From NCBI GenBank assembly GCA_965603825.1, contig CBFDEM010000033.1:372001-436000 (forward strand): a DNA stretch of 64,000 bases, in the 5' to 3' direction. Source of the stretch: Blepharisma stoltei ATCC 30299 (Eukaryota; Protista; Ciliophora). A program made the position numbers and the translations under genes. The notes under the pieces were generated by a model. The model was not told the DNA's origin and ran no database searches. It saw nothing but the letters and a program-made list of their open reading frames with translations. Of the stretch, positions 36,801 to 49,366 are shown piece by piece (the stretch's first letter is position 1; each line of letters opens with the position of its first letter).

Positions 36801-37872
36801 AAAGCTTAATGCCATATGAAATTCCAAACCCTACAGATTGAAGTGGTATTACTATAAATCGATAGATGAACAGTGTTTTTCTTTTAGAAGTCGATATTAT
36901 AGTGTAAAATAATGGAATCATAAGAAAAATACTTAAAATATTTCTGAAATAAATGACCCATACGATTAGCATTAATCTTGCCAATGTATGAAATAGCAGC
37001 TCTTTTGGGCTATTATTCAAGAAATATTTCAAGCTTGGCTTATCAAAGCTTTCTTGCAAAGATGGCTCAGTCTCATATTCTTTTGAAATCAAAGGGATTT
37101 GCATATCACTTGTTGTTTCTCCAAAATGCTTTTCCTGTTTATAAGCAATCGAAAAAAACGTAAAAATTAAATGCACTAAAAATGCCATCAAAAACATACC
37201 AAGAATATTTAAGTCGTTTAAGATAAATCCATATATCCAGAATGATTTACTCAAAGACGGATCTTCAAAAATTAATGCCAATATGTAAGATGTAACTATT
37301 TGAACTGTAGCAGCAATTGAAATAAATCTAAAAATTAACAAATTTAATTTCATAGATTTATATCTTAGATTTGCAGCATATACCAAAGATGTCAAAGAAT
37401 AAATAAAATTCGCTCAGGTAACATAACTGGAAGCATAAATTGCTAAAATAAAAAGCCCGATTCACATAATTTCTATCCTAAACTTAAAATATTGCTTGTG
37501 CTTTAGCTTTCGTTTTCCTATCAGTGAAAGAACCAAACAAATTATTGCAATTATATCAAATGCAAAATTTTTAAAATAGAAGACAAATGAATTACCTTCA
37601 TTAAAGAAAAGCCCTTGCATTATTGTAGAATCTGGGCTGAAGCCAAAAATCATTAGAGCAGAATAGTTAAGCATCAGTAAAACAGTGATCTTTGCGGCCA
37701 AACTTATAAGCCCAAAAATTAATGCCGCTCGCAATAGAGATTCGGGGATTTGTTTAGCAAATAAAGTCGCGAATCATATAAGCGTGCCAGAGAATACATA
37801 CACAGCTGAAAAAAAGCTCGGATAAAATGCTCCACAGAGTAGCAATATTGAGCTCGATAATCTTTGAAGCAT
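30829..37872 (-). CDS. PIEZO: Piezo-family mechanosensitive channel (~2350 aa) with inserted UBC/UEV-like domain
   Basis: Seven track ORFs in one frame joined by about 15 TGA; many TM helices; Piezo signatures YASLES...PISIVGYAMFENPRP, PGKDLY, QIRHG, PFLYELRTLLD(TGA)TFTPTALDLFQWFKFEDI, LITLCSGIYVCR, EEELYYELIDILRS. Confidence 0.93.
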
Positions 37873-37952
37873 ATTTATTATCTAAGCAAAATAAATTTTC
37901 ATTTAGAGTCATATTTGATAATTAACTCCGATATTTTTAAGGATTAATTTAA

Positions 37953-38720
37953 CTATAGCCTAGGATTAAGATGTCTGAACTGGCACACTTTGCCTCCTTT
38001 GAGTCCTTGATATGGTTTTACTCCTCCAATCTCAATGCTTTCATAAAGCACCATATGCCCATTTTCGAAATATCTTCTCCCAGACATCACAGATGACTCA
38101 TTGTCGCAAATCCTGAAAATCAGATTAAAGCCTAAATGATAAGCCAGTGCCATTCTAATAGCATTTCCATATCTTCCAATTCCTTTCCCTCTGAAATCTT
38201 CTCTAATAGCATCGCTGTATCCATTGATTACTCTTCCTGATGCTTCAGGAGATGGATCAACACATGCAGCTCTGGTTCCAATTTCTATATGTGGAGCAGC
38301 TTTTTGGAAAAATGCTAATTGGTCTTGACTCATTTGATCTAACGCTGGCAACTGACGAGTATGGTGGTCATTGGTTAAATATGCCCCAACAATCTCATTT
38401 CCAGACTTGAAAACGATTGTGTAAGGGAGATAAGTTGTGCTTGCGAAAAGCCCAAGAATATAGCGGATATATTCTTCTACAGTGATTCCAATTGTGCTCA
38501 TGGGCTCTTGGGTAGCTAAAATGTTTGCAATAAGTTGGAAAACTTTTTCTCTGTCATCTTGGCGCATAAGGGTATATTCCACTCCTGTTGGCTGGTGAAG
38601 ATATGATGCTCCTGAAGCAAATTTTGCTATTTCTGCTCGATTTTCAGGGAGCTGAAGAGCTGCTAGTAATTCTTCCCAGCTTCCTGTATTTACGCACCAA
38701 GTAAGATCGCAGGTCGACAT
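37953..38720 (-). CDS. GNAT-fold N-acetyltransferase (AANAT-like)
   Basis: 255-aa ORF; QEPM helix and AIREDFRGKGIG acetyl-CoA-binding motif A. Confidence 0.75.
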   Translation of the reverse strand: MSTCDLTWCVNTGSWEELLAALQLPENRAEIAKFASGASYLHQPTGVEYTLMRQDDREKVFQLIANILATQEPMSTIGITVEEYIRYILGLFASTTYLPYTIVFKSGNEIVGAYLTNDHHTRQLPALDQMSQDQLAFFQKAAPHIEIGTRAACVDPSPEASGRVINGYSDAIREDFRGKGIGRYGNAIRMALAYHLGFNLIFRICDNESSVMSGRRYFENGHMVLYESIEIGGVKPYQGLKGGKVCQFRHLNPRL

Positions 38721-39270
38721 ATTTATGGAGATTTAAATTAAAAGTAAAAATAGGTTTTAGTTAATTTTAGGTGATTAAATAAAACTGAAGCTGTAAAAAG
38801 GAATTTAATTTTGTTGAATCTGAGAATAGCGAAGTAATGCTTTTTAGAAAAAGAAAATTTAGACTAAAGACAAAAGGCTAAAATTAAGAATTTTTTTATA
38901 TCACTTAATCAATTAAAGCTAATTTCTAAGTGCACTACCGTAAGTATTTTCCTAATTTTAAACATATAGGATCAATTCTTTTCTCTATAATTTTGATAAT
39001 TTAATAAAGTATGTCTATCACATTTTGGGTTAAATGATTAAGGAAGTATCAACATATTTTTGGAGATTAAATTGAATCAAATCTTATTAAAAATTATTTT
39101 TGTATATTCCAAAAGATCAATTTAAGGCTATTTAACATTAAATTTTCGATAAAGATATGCAGGTATAATATAAATCGCAATAATCACATTCTTGAAAGTA
39201 ATTATAAATCTAAGAAGCATAAAATTAAAAAAGTTTAAACGGAAACATCTATTATAATAGGCATAAAGAA

Positions 39271-42200
39271 ATGTCAAGCATAGAAAAAAGACTGTCTGGG
39301 ACTATAAGGAAAAATTTTTCAGACCTTCAAACTGCTTATATAGCATGAAACACTTATCAAGCCAGCCAGCAGCAAAACCTACAGGCTTTTTTCCAAGTAG
39401 CACGAGTGTGTGAGCATGAGCTATGTAATATGGATTTCGATGAGTGCAATTTCCCTAAAAAGTTCATAGAGGAACTTTTATTGTATATCTCTGAGTGTCT
39501 TCGGATCTTTGATAACAACCTCAGATCTGAAACCACTACCCATGAACTTTTACAAGTCCTTGATTATTTTAACCCTTTTCTCAAGATTTTATATTATATT
39601 CTCCCTGTTCCAGGCTTCAAATTAGATGAAGGAATCATTGAGAAAATTATGATAGTTGCCGAAAGCATAAAACAATTCGAAATTGAAAGAATAGAGAATG
39701 AGGGAATCCTTAAATTTTTATTTCTCGTCTGCCAAACTTTATTTTTGGCCACTCTTATGCGAAGAGAAAAATCAGGGAAAAATAAAACACTGAATTTGGT
39801 TTTCCATTTGTTTCAAAGTCTTTTAACAGACTTGATAAATGAGCCAAAATTAAACAAAGTTTCGATAAAACCTTTTGAACTGCCAAGGAGTAAGTTCAAT
39901 CCGGATATATCTCCAGTTGATTTGACGTATTACTTAGTGTATCTTCTTAATCAATTGGCTAAGCTAAATCCATCACTTTCTATGCATTATTTAGTAATCC
40001 ACATACTCCCTAAGTTGATCGATAATTTACTCTTGATACTAAAATTCAAGCAAATACAAAAATCCAAAAAATCATTTCTAGCTGCACACAAAAGTTTTCA
40101 AATTTTTACATTATTGCATACAGTTTCTTGCTTAAATTCTAAAGAAGAATTAAGTGAAAACATATTAGAAGACCATTCAGAGAATATAAAGGAGCTGTTT
40201 TATTGTACAATTTCTACGTATATGAAGCATTACTGGAGTGTGAATAGCTCAAATGACCATGAATGTGAGTTTATTGCGCATTTTTTAAGAATATTTTTTG
40301 ATATTTTCCCACAAAAAGCAACAAAACCATCACTAAATTTTTTGCCGATCGAGATGTTTGCAAAATTATTAACAGCTGTAAAAATTATTTAGGAAACGCA
40401 ACAAGAGCTTATTTCTCACCCTCCACTTGCACAATCATTGATTTTGCAATTCATAGAGACCATTCTCAGCCGACTTTCCAAACAAAAAATAAATCCTCAT
40501 CGATTAAGCGAGACTAAAATTGCTTATATAATGTTTTCTAGACCTTTTTTTGAGATAGAAAATGAAAGAAATGAATATAGTGCAAACTTATCTGAGTCGG
40601 CAAGATTAAGTTGGAGAAAAATATGAAATGATATTATGGGTTCCCCCAATATTGCATGAATTTCAGAATCATTGGTAAAATCATTACGAATTTATGATGG
40701 AAATGTAAATTATTTACTGAAAATTAGCTATTTCGTAAGAGAAGAATTCGAGAGAAAAAATTCTTTGATGAAGCTGTGCTTGCTAAATGGCTTATTGGAT
40801 GCATTGATGCAAAAAACACTTATATTAAAAAGGGCTGGAGAAAATGAAGGATTTTCTGCTTTTTTTTCTATTATAAGCTCGATTTTAGACCTCAATGGTC
40901 CAGATGAAATTAAAAATTCTTCATTTTTACTAGAAACGCTGCTATCAGAAGAATTTCTGCTAGATGAGGCTTGCTGTGATCAAACTTTAGTTTGCTGCTC
41001 AAAGCTTCTAAAATACCAAGATAAATCATGCCATTTAAAAGTCAAACAGATCCTTGACAACACAACTAACCCTAATTTATTGCTTAAATTGTGCGATTCA
41101 ATCCAAGACTCTTTGAAAGACTTAGCAGATAATCATGCTATACAAATAAAGTTTGCTGAAACAGGAATAATAAGAACTTTTCAAAATAAATTATGTAATA
41201 GCATAGCATTTCTTGATGAAATCGTTAGCAAAGTTTGAGAAAAAATTTTTGAATGCATTTGAATGATAATTAATAAAAATTCTGAAGCAAGAAAATACAT
41301 GGCTGATTTTCAAGTTCACAAAATTATATTGACTTTAAGAAATCCGTTATTTTGTGAAAAACAAAAAGAAATATGTAATAAAATTTTTGATATTTTATTG
41401 GGTATTTTATGTGGAAATATGAATTTCGATGAAAGCCAATTTACTGGAATTTATACAGCAGAGGTGATCCCACTTATTATCGAATTCTTGGTAGGATCTC
41501 TAGATACTAAGCCGATTGAGAAATATTCAAAAATAATACTAAGGTTGCTATCTAATCCTATAAATGCAGCTCAATTTGCAATGAGGCAAACTACAGCCAT
41601 TTTGCTTGAAAGTTTGTCTTTTCCTCACAAAGAAGAAACTATTAAATTTTGTGCCAATGTTCTTTCAAGAATTATCCAGCATCATGTAACTCCAAATGAG
41701 TTGAGAAAAATTATAGAAATTGCTATTTTATCCCATAATTCAACAAAAGCAATAATTTGCAAATCCATGGCAAAAGCTGCCACATTCTGCTATCAATCTC
41801 AAATAAATCATGGAGTATCTGATCCTTCCAGATACTTCAATTTTCGCCAAAACTGAGGAGAATTGGCATGTGAACTCCCAAAGCCGACGGTTATTCTGCC
41901 CAAAAAAGAATTCACCATTTTTATGTGAATTTTCTTTGACAACCTCACAGATTCTATTATTTTTGAACTATCAGAAAGCAAAGACACAAGATTTACAATT
42001 TATTTGAATAAAGAAAAATTATCTGTTAAGTACAAAGCTCAAGAAACCTGGTTTAAATTAAAATGCCCTCATGATATTGTTTTAAATCAGTGAAATTTAA
42101 TAGGGGTAGGAATGAGAAAAATATCCAAAGTGTTTGGAAGTAAAGATGAAATTTATGTAAATGTGAATAGACATTGCATGCACTTAAATAAAGAATGCAA

Positions 42201-45200
42201 AGGAAATTTAAGCTTTATTCATGCAAGCTTCAGACAAATTTCTTGTGGTAAAAGCACATGGAGCAGAAAAAAAGAATTCAATGGTAAATGTACAGGATTT
42301 TATATAGCAAATAAATGCTTTTTAGAAAATTTTTATATGCAGCTGTATGAATTATCATGCAATTATAATTTTGATTTCTGCCCAGAGGCTTCTGCGACTT
42401 ATACCAACTTTATTCCAAATAAAATTTTATTATCAGAAATATCAAAAACATTGGTATTAAAATGGACTTCAAAGCAGTCAGTCCCTGAGAGCGATTTTGA
42501 TTTTAAAATCTCAAAGAAAGAATGTGATATTTTCAATGGGATTAGCCTTTTTGAAGCAATTGTAGCAAATGGAGGATTAAAAATATTTTTGCCCCTGTTT
42601 ACAGAGCAAACATTTACAACTTCTCAGCCATTTAATGTGTTTGATTGCATTTTTGTGATGAAATCCTTGGATAATGTTATAGATGAAGATTTTTTCGAAA
42701 CACTTGGCCATGTGCTTGAAAGATCTATTATAAATCCTAATGAAATCCTTTTACAGTCAATAGCAAATATTATTGACAAGCTGGAATTCAACCCTGAGTA
42801 CCAATTCAAATGCATCAAAAGCATACTTTTAAACGATAAAATCTGGAGAACTTTACCGAGAGAATTAACTGAATCATATTTCAAAGCCCTAATAAAATAT
42901 ATTCCTTTGAACTTCCACAATAAAAAAAATGATATAACTCATATATGCTCTTACCTAATTAAATTCACAAACTGGGAATTTTATCAGGAATTAATTTTAG
43001 AAATATTGGAAAAAACATTAATTGCCACAAAAACAAAATGCAGATATAGGAGCATTGCTCAGTTGATCATTTTTATTATAAGCAAGACAAATAATCATGA
43101 TTTTATGAGCACTTTTCTTGACCATCTTTATTACAAGAAAATTGTGACTTCATTTTCAGCAAAAATCTGCTACGCAATGCTTCATTTGTTGGAAAACTTC
43201 AAAGATTCTTCAATTATCCAATCAAAAGCATTAAGATTGATTTTTTCTTTTCCGTTTGTTGCTGGTGCTGTTAATTTCAGTGAAGTATTTGAAATAGTAA
43301 GCAATAAATTTGAAGCAAATATTGATTATGAAACAAGTATGATTTTAATTGATATTTTCGTTAATTCAAATCTAAGGGAATCAGGCTATCTTGCTGATTT
43401 AATAACGAGGAAAATATGTCAAAGCCCAGAAATAGGAAGAATAATATCAGCTCTTACTAATTCTTGCGAAAATTTAAAAGTTCGGCATATTTTGCATGAT
43501 CGGCCAAACTTCCCGGAATGGGTTGTTGAATGTGCTAATAGTGAATCTGCTGAGTCTATTGAGAGCTTAGTTATTACTATTTTTTGTAATAAAACTTATA
43601 TGAAAAATTTCAACAAGCTCAAAGAAGTCACAAAATTACTGTCGAGCACCATTTTATCGTCTAGGCTATTTTATATTTATTTTGTGATACTAGAATACTA
43701 TAATTCTTCTCAAGGATTTATTGAAAAATCAGAACTTTATATAGATTTTATCAGCGTTTTAGAAGACTCTATCCCGTATTTTGACAGCTCTATTTATGAA
43801 GAAATGTACACTCACACACTATCAAAAATTTACCAAATTGCAGTGGATAATAATTTCTTATCATGCACTTATCCGTATTTACCTAAAATAAACTTCAATG
43901 CGCTCTTCTTCCTGTATAAACAGAGGATTGACGAGCAAATAATATCAATATCAAGCTCTTATTTAAAAGAAGGAGGAGTCTTAAGGATAATTCTCAATTT
44001 AGCCCTAATTGGATTAGCTTATGGGGAAAATGAAAAATCATTAGAAATTATTGAAGAATTGTCTTTCAAAGATATTAGAATAAATAAAGAATGAGAAAAG
44101 AAGCTCGCAAGCACTAAGAGATATACTGAAATTTTAAGAGATTTTCCAAAAGAAAATGATGAATTTTCAAGCAGGGTTTTTATCGTTTTTTATATTGTAG
44201 CCGAGATGACGGAAATAATTCGATTTAGAGAGCAAAAGCAATATTCGACATCAATAATGCTTCAATCATTAAGAAGAATCATCAATAAAACGAAAATCGG
44301 AGATATGATACAAGAGGTTGCAAGTATTTATGGCCTTGAAAGCATAGGGTATTTTAATGAGTTGCTTACCCAGTTTTCAGAGTGCTTCTACTCAAGCACT
44401 TTATTTCAGATCCACAGAGGAATATTTCCCTACGGCGAAATCAAAAGAGAAAGAACTGCAAGCACAGCAAGCACGAAAAGTGCAAACAGTACTGAAAACG
44501 CAATCCAGAATAGCTTTACAAAGCCGATCATAGATCAAATTTATACTCTTAACATTAGCTCGACATCTGAAAACACTTTGCTTAGCTTATTATGCAGTGA
44601 GGAGTGGAATAGAAAAGTTCAGTCTTTCCTTCTTTCTTATACATCACTGAAACTGAATCTCATTCAAAATTGCCTATCAAAATACACATTTGCAGATCCT
44701 CCAGCAGCCTTTTTTAATCGTGATGAGGCTGCTACACACGCAGAGCACTATATCATTAAAAAGGAAAAAGTGATAGAAGCCATTCCAGAAAATTTGACAG
44801 AAAAAAGCATCAAAATTGAGCTGAAATACAAAGAATTCTTAAAAAGTCTTAAAGCAAATATGGCAAATACAAAAGAAGAGCAAAACTATGATATGAAAAT
44901 TTACCCAGTGCTTGATAAAATTGGCAGACAATCGTTTTTGAAACCATCGTTTAAAAGATCAAGCCGTTTGGCTGGAAAAAACAACAGTGTGTCCCCAACA
45001 TTTGACGCTTCAATGTTCAAATCTCTAAGTGTAATGGTTGGAGGGTATGCTTCATCAGAGCATAAGTTCAGTCCAAGGCCTGAAGGACTAGAAGGATTTG
45101 AATTAAGTGAAGAATACGCTGAATTGAAAATAAATGAAGAAGAAGATGAAAATGAGCCTACTCCAAGATCAACCGTCACAAATACAATAACTGCAACTTC

Positions 45201-47583
45201 AGAGTGAAATAGCCCCTATACTGAAATTTTCGAGTGTGAAAGAATTAAAGTCGATGGAAGCTATCTTGGCGTCATTGAGATTACATCAGATTTCTTGCTC
45301 TTTGAAAGTGAAGGCAAAGAAAAAGATGATGAAAGCATATATGAAGGAAGCTCGCCAATTTGCAATCAACTGGCAACACAAAAGTCGATTTTATTTGAGT
45401 CTAGAGATATTAAAGAAGTCTATGGGAGAAGATTTATGCACAGATATTCTGCTATTGAATTCTTCCTTAAGTCAGGAAAAAGTTATTATTTTAATTTATT
45501 TACAGAAGAAAATAAAACTCAAGCATTCAGAGTTATGAAAATCTGGGAAAGGCAGGGAGCCAAGCTATATCCTAAGCTGAGCCATGAAAAATTAAAAAAA
45601 TACAAAACCTGGTGATGTGAAGGAAAAATTTCGAATTTCCAATATTTGATGATTTTGAATAAAATGAGCAGCCGTTCTTTTAATGAAATAAGCCAATATC
45701 CAATTTTTCCTTGGGTGTGTAAAGACTTTACTTCTGATAAACTGGATTTAACTGATAAAAATATATATCGAGATTTATCCTATCCTGTTGGAGCCCAAAC
45801 TGATGACTTAAGAAGTCAAGCCCGCTCTCGGTATGAGCAATGAAAGGATGAAGAAATTCAAGCTTTTCATTATGGGTCTTTATATTCTTGTGGAGGAATT
45901 GTTTGCTATTATAATCTCCGTATTGAACCTTTTACTGCAGTAGCTATATGTTTACAAGGAGGATCATTTGATATCCCTGATAGACTGTTTTATTCATTTC
46001 AATCAGCTTGGGATAGCTGCAAAAGCAGCTGCGGAGACTCCAAAGAGTTAATCCCTGAAATGTTCTATTTGCCTGAAGTTTTGATCAACATAAATCATAA
46101 AAAATTTGGAAAAAGACAAGGGAACGGAGGAGAAGTGAGTGATGTCGAGCTGCCTCCTTGGGCATCATCGCCTATTGATTTTATAAGAAAACATCGGCAA
46201 ATATTAGAATCAAATGCGGTCAGCTTGAATCTTCATTTATGAATTGACTTAATTTTTGGATGCAAACAGAAAGGAAAAAATGCAGAAAAAGCACTTAATG
46301 TCTATTTAGGGACTGCTTATGAAGAATCCTTGACTAAGTTTGATAGCTCGAATATGACTAAACATGAGAAGCGGCCTTTATATGAAGGAATTTATCATTT
46401 TGGCCAAGTCCCTGTGCAGCTTTTTACCAAGTCCCATCCAAAACGAGTTTTAAAAGAAAAGCCTCTCAGCGTGTTTGATAAGTATAACGATTTTACACTT
46501 CATCCTTGTATAAACTCACGAGCAGAAATAACTGGAAAGGTCTATGCAATTTTCACTACACAAAAATTTCTATTAGCAGTAAAAGCTATTGAAAACAATA
46601 AAAAATGATTTTTAGTCAAAATCAAATGAAAACAAGACCAAAATGAATTAAGAATCGACTCATCATCCTCAAAAGAGTGTGAATTAAAAGACTTTAGGCC
46701 TTTGAATATCGAAAATTGGGAAGAAAAGTATCAATGGAATCATATTTTATCCACCCTTGACATCAGGATCCTTCTAGACAGAGGACCAAATCAATTTTGT
46801 CTGTGGAATAATGACTTGCTAGTTTCTGGTTTCCATATCGACAATTCTTTTAAAATTCACAATTTCGATGGGATCCTAATTAAATCAATTTACCATCATT
46901 GCGGCCTCATCATTTGCTTAGCATCTTCCAATAGACTTTTATTTACTGGGAGTTTAGACTCGACAATTTGTTTATGGAAGCCTTTCAAATCAATCCAATC
47001 CCGAATAAAACCAAGAAATATTTACTTTGGGCATTCAGATCCAATTAAAATGATTTCAGTGTCTATATCATATCAAGCTTTAGTGTCTTTAAGCATGTGT
47101 GGAGCAGTTTTGCTACATAATATTAGGACTGGTGAATGCATTAAAAGGATATTAAAGAGCTGCGAAAAGCCTCCTAGAGCCATAGCAATCAGCGAAATTG
47201 GGGTTATTGCTGTATCGTTTCCTGAGCAGCATTTAGTAAAAATTTATACAATTAATGGACAACACTATATGGATGATTATAGGCTGAAATGTGAGGAAGT
47301 CTGATGTATGCAATATAACAAAAGCGGGGATTATTTGATTACTGGAAGCGACTACGGCGTGTCATTTTTTGATACGATTGATAAATCTGAGAATAATAAA
47401 AATGTAAGAAAAAGCGGAATAAAAGATGTGTTTACAACAGTGATATCTTTGTGTGTACCAACAAATGAAGAATTTATTATTTTTTCAATAAATCTAGAAA
47501 ATAGCTCAAGAATATCGACATTTGAACTTTTGCCACCAAATCAAAAAAAGACCAGTATGAAGCAAGTGCATGTTCTTGCATAA
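39271..47583 (+). CDS. BEACH-domain protein (ARM/ConA-like region, PH, BEACH, WD40; neurobeachin/LYST-like), ~2765 aa
   Basis: Single frame through many TGA and the 40378-40392 intron; RRFMHRYSAIEFF (PH), ISNFQYLMILNKMSSRSFNEISQYPIFPWV, FDIPDRLF, KELIPEMFY, ELPPWA, L(TGA)IDLIFG, C-terminal WD40. Confidence 0.92.
40378..40392 (+). other. 15-nt intron GTAAAAATTATTTAG
   Basis: Removes the in-frame TAG that interrupts the BEACH gene. Confidence 0.85.
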
Positions 47584-48088
47584 ATTTAACAAAATAACTA
47601 ATGACTAAACTGTAATAATTGATTTATTTGATATTATTTGTAGTCAATTTTTTTTTTTTATTTTAAAACAAAGAGAATTATTTTTTAATATATAATGATT
47701 TTTATTATAGTAAATGCCATAACGGTATAAAAAACTCAATTAATTTCGCTTAGTTCCAATTCTTTACTTTCTAATCCTAAAAATTTCAAAGTTTTCTATT
47801 TTCTGATTAGCATTTTTAAATGATTAAGTAGAATTTCAGATTTGCCTGGATTAATTCATAATAAATTAAGCTATGCATGCTTCAAAGATGCTTTTCAATC
47901 ATCTTTTTTTTATTGCAGCTCTTTTAATTACTGAATTGTTTAAAACTTAACATCGCATCCTGATTACTATAAGTTTCTTCTATGAAATATAATTTGATTA
48001 AAATGATTATGCTCGCTACTTTGGTATCTGTTGCAATAAATATCTTTGCATTTGTAAGTAAATCGGTACTTTTACAAAAATTTCGAAA

Positions 48089-49255
48089 ATGGAAGGCTAC
48101 ATCAGAGTTGGGGGAAAGTACGTCCTCCGCAAAAAAATAGGAGGTGGTTCATTTGGAGAAATATTTCTTGGGTCTAATCTAGAAAGCCAAGAGGACGTTG
48201 CTATAAAAATAGAAAATGCCACTTGTGCAGTTCCACAAGTTATTAACGAAGCAAAGCTTATGAGATCAATTGCAGGAGTAGGAGTTCCCAAAATTTATTG
48301 ATACGGATCCGAAGGGTCATACAATATCATGGTCCAAGAGCTTTTAGGAAGCTCTTTAGAAGACAATTTTGCAGTTCTCGACCACAGGATGTCACTGCGA
48401 TCGGCAACTATGATTTGTTTACAAATGTTCCAAAGAATCGAAAACGTGCATAACCACGACTATATCCATCGAGACATAAAGCCAGAAAACTTTTTATTTG
48501 GGATAGGCAAAAAGCAATCACTTGTATATATAATCGATTTTGGCTTATCCAAAAAATATAGGGACAGTAAAACAAAGCAACATATCCAATATAGAGATAA
48601 CAGAACTCTTACAGGAACTGCAAGATATGCCTCTGTGAATTCTCATATGGGAATCGAACAAAGCAGGAGAGACGATCTTGAAGGAATTATATACGTGTAC
48701 TTATATTTTCTAAAAGGATCCTTGCCATGGCAAGGATTGAAGGGTGCTAATAAGCAAGATAAATATATGAAAATCATGAATATGAAATCAAATACCTCTT
48801 TAGATGTCCTGTTTAGAGGGTGTCCTTCAGAATTAGTTCAAATAATGAGCTATATTAAAGCGTTAAGATTTGAAGAAACTCCAAATTATGAGAGAATTAA
48901 AGATGGACTGCAGTCAATTGGAAGAAAAAATAATTTTGTGCTTGACAATATTTTTGAGTGAAATAAAAGAAAATGTGGGTCTGCTTCCCCTAGAAGACGC
49001 TCAGATGATAACATTCAAGTAAAAAAAACTAAAAGAATTAAAAAAAAGAAAGTGAAGGAGGAGACAAAATCTTTGATTGCAGAAAAGCCAAGACCTTCGA
49101 TCGTGTCTTCTATAGGAGAAATGGCTTCTACAACTGTAGAACATAGATGGCCTGAGTTTTCAAATCGTAAAACGATTATGGAAGGGAGGAATAAAGCAAA
49201 AGATGTAATTGTGGACGAGTTGGTTGATGAAAAGACTCAGTGCTTGGTATTTTAA
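48089..49255 (+). CDS. CK1: Casein kinase 1
   Basis: IGGGSFGEIF, VAIK, PKIY(TGA 48299)YG, HRDIKPEN, DFGLSK, GTARYAS, EQSRRDDLE, LPWQG, IFE(TGA 48959). Confidence 0.95.
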
Positions 49256-49366
49256 TAATATAAATAGATAATGTTTATTTTGTATTCATATTGCAATTTT
49301 GAATAACTTTCGTTGGCATTTAGCACGGCATTTTTATCTTTAATTTAAAAGCAAAATCTTTTATAT

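Noticed and set aside
30829-47583. Piezo and BEACH genes look like pseudogenes broken into many short ORFs
   Set aside because: All fragments share one frame; the interruptions are TGA (often at conserved Trp) or a TAG inside a consensus 15-nt intron
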